Assembly: GCF_000372725.1 (NCBI RefSeq)
Contig: NW_005202428.1
Coordinates: forward strand, 2,283,791-2,347,790
Source: Emiliania huxleyi CCMP1516
Lineage: Eukaryota
Direction of reading: 5' to 3'
DNA: 64,000 nt
The translations under genes were made by a program, and so were the position numbers. Under the pieces are notes generated by a model. It was not told the origin of the DNA. It worked only from the letters and a program-made list of their open reading frames with translations, and made no database searches. Below are positions 60,431 through 64,000 of the stretch, in pieces. Numbering within the stretch: position 1 is the first letter of the stretch; the number at the start of each line of letters is the position of its first letter.

Positions 60431-63400
60431 AGGTTCGCCACGCCGCAGGAGCTGAGTCTCGCAAGGGCAGAGAGCGAGGTGCAGCCCGACTCGCTGCAGT
60501 CCGGGGCGTCTAGCAAGGAGCTGCCACCCCCTCGACCAGACCCTCGCCCCGTCGCCCCGCCGCTCTCGCCTCACCGCGCCTCCCCTCTGCCCCTCCCCCC
60601 CCCTCCTCCTGCCTCTCTGTTGATAGAAACACATCTTCATCTCTTCTGTCTCACCCTCTCACCCCCACCCCCCCACCCCTTCCTCTCCCAGGGCGCGGTC
60701 CGCAGAGATACTCCACGGCAGTGCCACGGGCCTCCTCCCTCCGCCGCCGCTGCTGGCGTGTGCGCTGGCGACGCAGGTGGCGACGCAGGTGGCGACGCCG
60801 CTGCAGCAGCCGCTGCCACTGGAGCAGGTGGCAATGGCGCAGCCGCTCGCGCAGTATGGCGGCGGCCCTGCGACCGCGCAGGCGGTGGTTGCTGCTCCGG
60901 CGGCGGCGGACGCCTCGTCGCACTTGTCTTTGCTCTCCGAAGAGCTGCTTCCCGAGCCCGAGCCGCCCAAGCCGCGGGCACCGCCCTTCTCTCGGCCCGT
61001 CGGTGGGCGGCGCCCGCGTGACCCACCGCGAGGGCGTACCCTGAGATTTGCGCGAGCGCTCTCCCCTGACCGGCGCGGGGCCTTCGCCCTCCCCCCTCCC
61101 TCCCCCTCTTTTCCACAGGCCGGCCTCCGACGGGCGCCGTCTGGAATGAGATGCTTGGCCGGTACGAGGTCGCGGGGCAGGGGCCCCTCTCGCAAGGCTC
61201 GCGGGTCGCGAGCACGCCCGGCCTGGGGCAGAGGAGCGAGGCGCTGCCGCCCGCCGCCGCGCCGGCGAGCCAGCTGGTCGAGGATTTGGACGAGGAGGCG
61301 GTGGCGGCAGAGGTGGTTGACGCGGTCGCCCTCCCTGCGCGAGGCGGTAGGGAGGCGAGGGCGGCGAGCCTTCTCCGAGCCTTGCCTACGCCGTCCTATA
61401 GGTCGCCGTCCCGGCGGGGGACGAGGGCGACGGCAACACGCCGACGGTCCTAGTCGAGGTGACCACGGAGATGCCGCAGGCGGCGCCGGCGCCGGCCGAG
61501 CTGGCGTCGCTGCCGCGTCCAGAGGCGGCGCCATTTGCGCCGGAGGCGGCGACGGCGCTGACCCGAGCGGGCGACCGCGAGCTGGTCCCGTCCTGCTGGC
61601 CGTCGTGGACGGGTGGTGGCGCTGCAACCGTCATGGCCGAGGTGCCGCCGCAGCCGCTGGCGGCCAGCGGCCCGGTCGGTGCCGTGGCGACGGCGCTTGC
61701 GGCGGGCACGGCCGCCGCCACGAGTGCGGGGCGACCGGCGGCCGGCGGCGGTCCCTCTCCGCATGGCGGTGGCGACGCGCGGCCGGGCGGGCAGGAGGCA
61801 GGGCAGGGGGCAGGGCAGGAGGCTGGGCAGGAGGCTGGACAGGAGGCTGGGCAAGAGGCTGGCCCCGCGCCGGCCGCCGAGCGGTTGTGGCGCAGCCCGG
61901 AGGAGGTTGCGCAGATGGCTCGCGGCATCGGGCCGAGCATCAAGCAGGGCCCGCTCGCGCTCGTCCACGCGGCGCGCCCTGCCACGTCGGCGCAGGTGGT
62001 CTCGAGGGGGCAGTGGCAGCAGAGCCACGTCCCGGGCCGCCCTCCGTCCGAGCAGTGGCTGTCAGACGGAGCAGTCTCGAGGCCCGGCATATCCGACTCT
62101 GCGCGCGCGGCGCTGCGACTAGAGCAGCAGAAGCGGGTCGGGCTGGCGATGGCGGCGAGGATGAGCGCGACCCGGCCGGAGGCGACCGCCATCGAGGCGG
62201 CGAGGGCGGCGGCGGCCGCGGCCGGGCGCGCCGCGTCGATCGTCGGCGATTGCGCGCTCCCCGCGGCGGCGGCGGCGGCCTCTGCGGCGAGCGCCGCCTT
62301 CGGGCTGTCACAGCCATGCGCCGACTCGCGCCTCTCCAAGCTGGAGCAGCAGCGGCTCGTCGCTTTCGAGGTGTCGCAGCGGCTGCATGGCCACCCCGGC
62401 CCGTCGGTCTACGCCGCGCACCAGGAGAGAGAGAGGGAGCAGCAGCGGCACCCCTCCCCAACACGACCTTCCCACACTGGTCCTATCACCGCACAGGCCA
62501 ACGCGGCGGAGCGGGCGAGCAACGCCATTCACGCTCGCGCGCAAGGGCGCTTCCTGGCGGCGCAGGCGGCGGCGGCCCAAGCAGCGCAAGTGGCGGCGGC
62601 GCAGGCAGCGCACACGGCGCAGGTTTTGGCTGCGCAAGCAGCGCAGTCGGCGCAGGCGGTGCAGGCGACGGCATTCGCGGCGGCGCAGGGTCCCTTCGGA
62701 ACGACCCAGGCGCCGGCGGAGCAGGCGATGTTGCTCGGCGCCGGCACCAGTGCCGGCCGCCTCTCCTCGCTTGACCACCTCTCCTCGGGGCTCCCGAATC
62801 GGCACCAGCGCAACATCGACGCCGAGCAAGAGTGGAATCTCGCAAACGGCTTCAACTCGAACCACGACCACTGCTTGAAGGCCCTCCCCTCTTCACACAT
62901 CGCCGTCGCCCACACGTCCGGTCCAGCCGGCCATTTCCCTCCCCGCAGGTCGGCCTTTGCACTTGCAAGGCGGCCAACCTCCGGCTGCCCCCGCGCCGGT
63001 GCGCCGAGCCCGCAGAGTCGACGGGCCTCACGCCGGCTGCGGCCGAGGTCGAGGAGCCGTGCTGGGCGTGTCGCGGCCGCCACCGGGCACACACTTGCGG
63101 CAAGGGTGGCTCCCGCAGCGGGTTCTCCCGGAGGGGCGACCAGGTTTCCTCCGCAGCTTGCGACCCGGCGCAGCCCTCGCAGTCAGCGCTGGAGGCGTGG
63201 GACCCCAGCGCTGCCGCTGCGGAGCGTCTCGCGGCGGAGAGGGCGAGGCGGGCGGCGGAGGAGGAGGAGAGGGCTGCGGTGGACGAGAGCGGCGCTGCGT
63301 CGGAAGCGTCCGAGGAGTCGGACGAGGTTGTCGTGTGCACGAGCGAGCTCGCGGACGCCGGCGGCGAGGATAGCGCGGAGGCGGTGGTGACGGAGGCGGC

Positions 63401-64000
63401 GGGGACGGTGCAGCTCGTCTCCGCGCCTCAGTTCTGCGCCTCGGTGCGGTGCCCGTACTCGCACGAGGCACAGCTCAACGACCAGCTTCCGCCGGACGAT
63501 CTGCTCCTCCTGTGCGACGGGCCAGGCTGCGAGGCGGCTTGGCACCAGCAGTGCTTGGACCCGCCGCTCGCCGAAATTCCGGCCGGCGATTGGTTCTGCC
63601 CCAAGTGCGCTACGTCTCGCCCCGCCGAGTCTCTCGTCTCCGCGCCTCAGTTCTGCGCCTCGGTGCGGTGCCCGTACTCGCACGAGGCACAGCTCAACGA
63701 CCAGCTTCCGCCGGACGATCTGCTCCTCCTGTGCGACGGGCCAGGCTGCGAGGCGGCTTGGCACCAGCAGTGCTTGGACCCGCCGCTCGCCGAAATTCCG
63801 GCCGGCGATTGGTTCTGCCCCAAGTGCGCTACGTCTCGCCCCGCCACCTCTCGCAGAGGCAGCAAGAGTGCCGCCTCTGCCGCCAAGACGCAGGCAGATG
63901 GGCGGATCGCCGCGGTCGACCTCGACGCGTCGACAATCGAGGGCGACCACGATGGCCGGTTCGTCATCCTCGCCGCGGGCTGCCCGATCAACAAGGTTGA
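60431..64000 (+). CDS. Low-complexity Ala/Gln-rich protein with two PHD fingers; partial, start and exon structure uncertain
   Basis: [36 protein letters not shown] twice at 63414-63845; upstream Ala/Gln-rich frames. Confidence 0.7.
63414..63845 (+). repeat. Exact in-frame tandem duplication (219-bp period) of the PHD finger
   Basis: 63414-63626 equals 63633-63845, separated by GAGTCT. Confidence 0.95.

Overview
GC-rich eukaryotic genomic DNA with short introns, many of them GC-AG, interstitial TTAGGG repeats and three 100-N gaps (4983-5082, 33484-33583, 43837-43936). The style suggests a haptophyte such as Emiliania/Gephyrocapsa huxleyi (inference). Recognisable genes: an SLC35A nucleotide-sugar transporter, a Nudix hydrolase, a flavin amine oxidase, a C2 + histidine-phosphatase protein, a myosin with IQ and PH-like tail, XMAP215/ch-TOG head-to-head with a PPP1R42-like LRR gene, an MFS transporter, HIP/ST13, a coiled-coil protein, a PHD-finger gene and tRNA-Ile(AAU). 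Mobile DNA: a CRE-like restriction-endonuclease non-LTR retroelement that lacks the RT core, a 5'-truncated relative of it, and several MITEs with clear TSDs. Two signals stand out. (1) A ~90-nt structured non-coding element sits in two divergent promoters and is the insertion target of the retroelement fragment, with a 15-bp TSD. (2) Many introns appear to be built from direct or inverted copies of the adjacent exon junction plus snap-back or telomeric filler, suggesting intron birth by templated break repair. All exon boundaries and protein identifications were made by eye, without searches.
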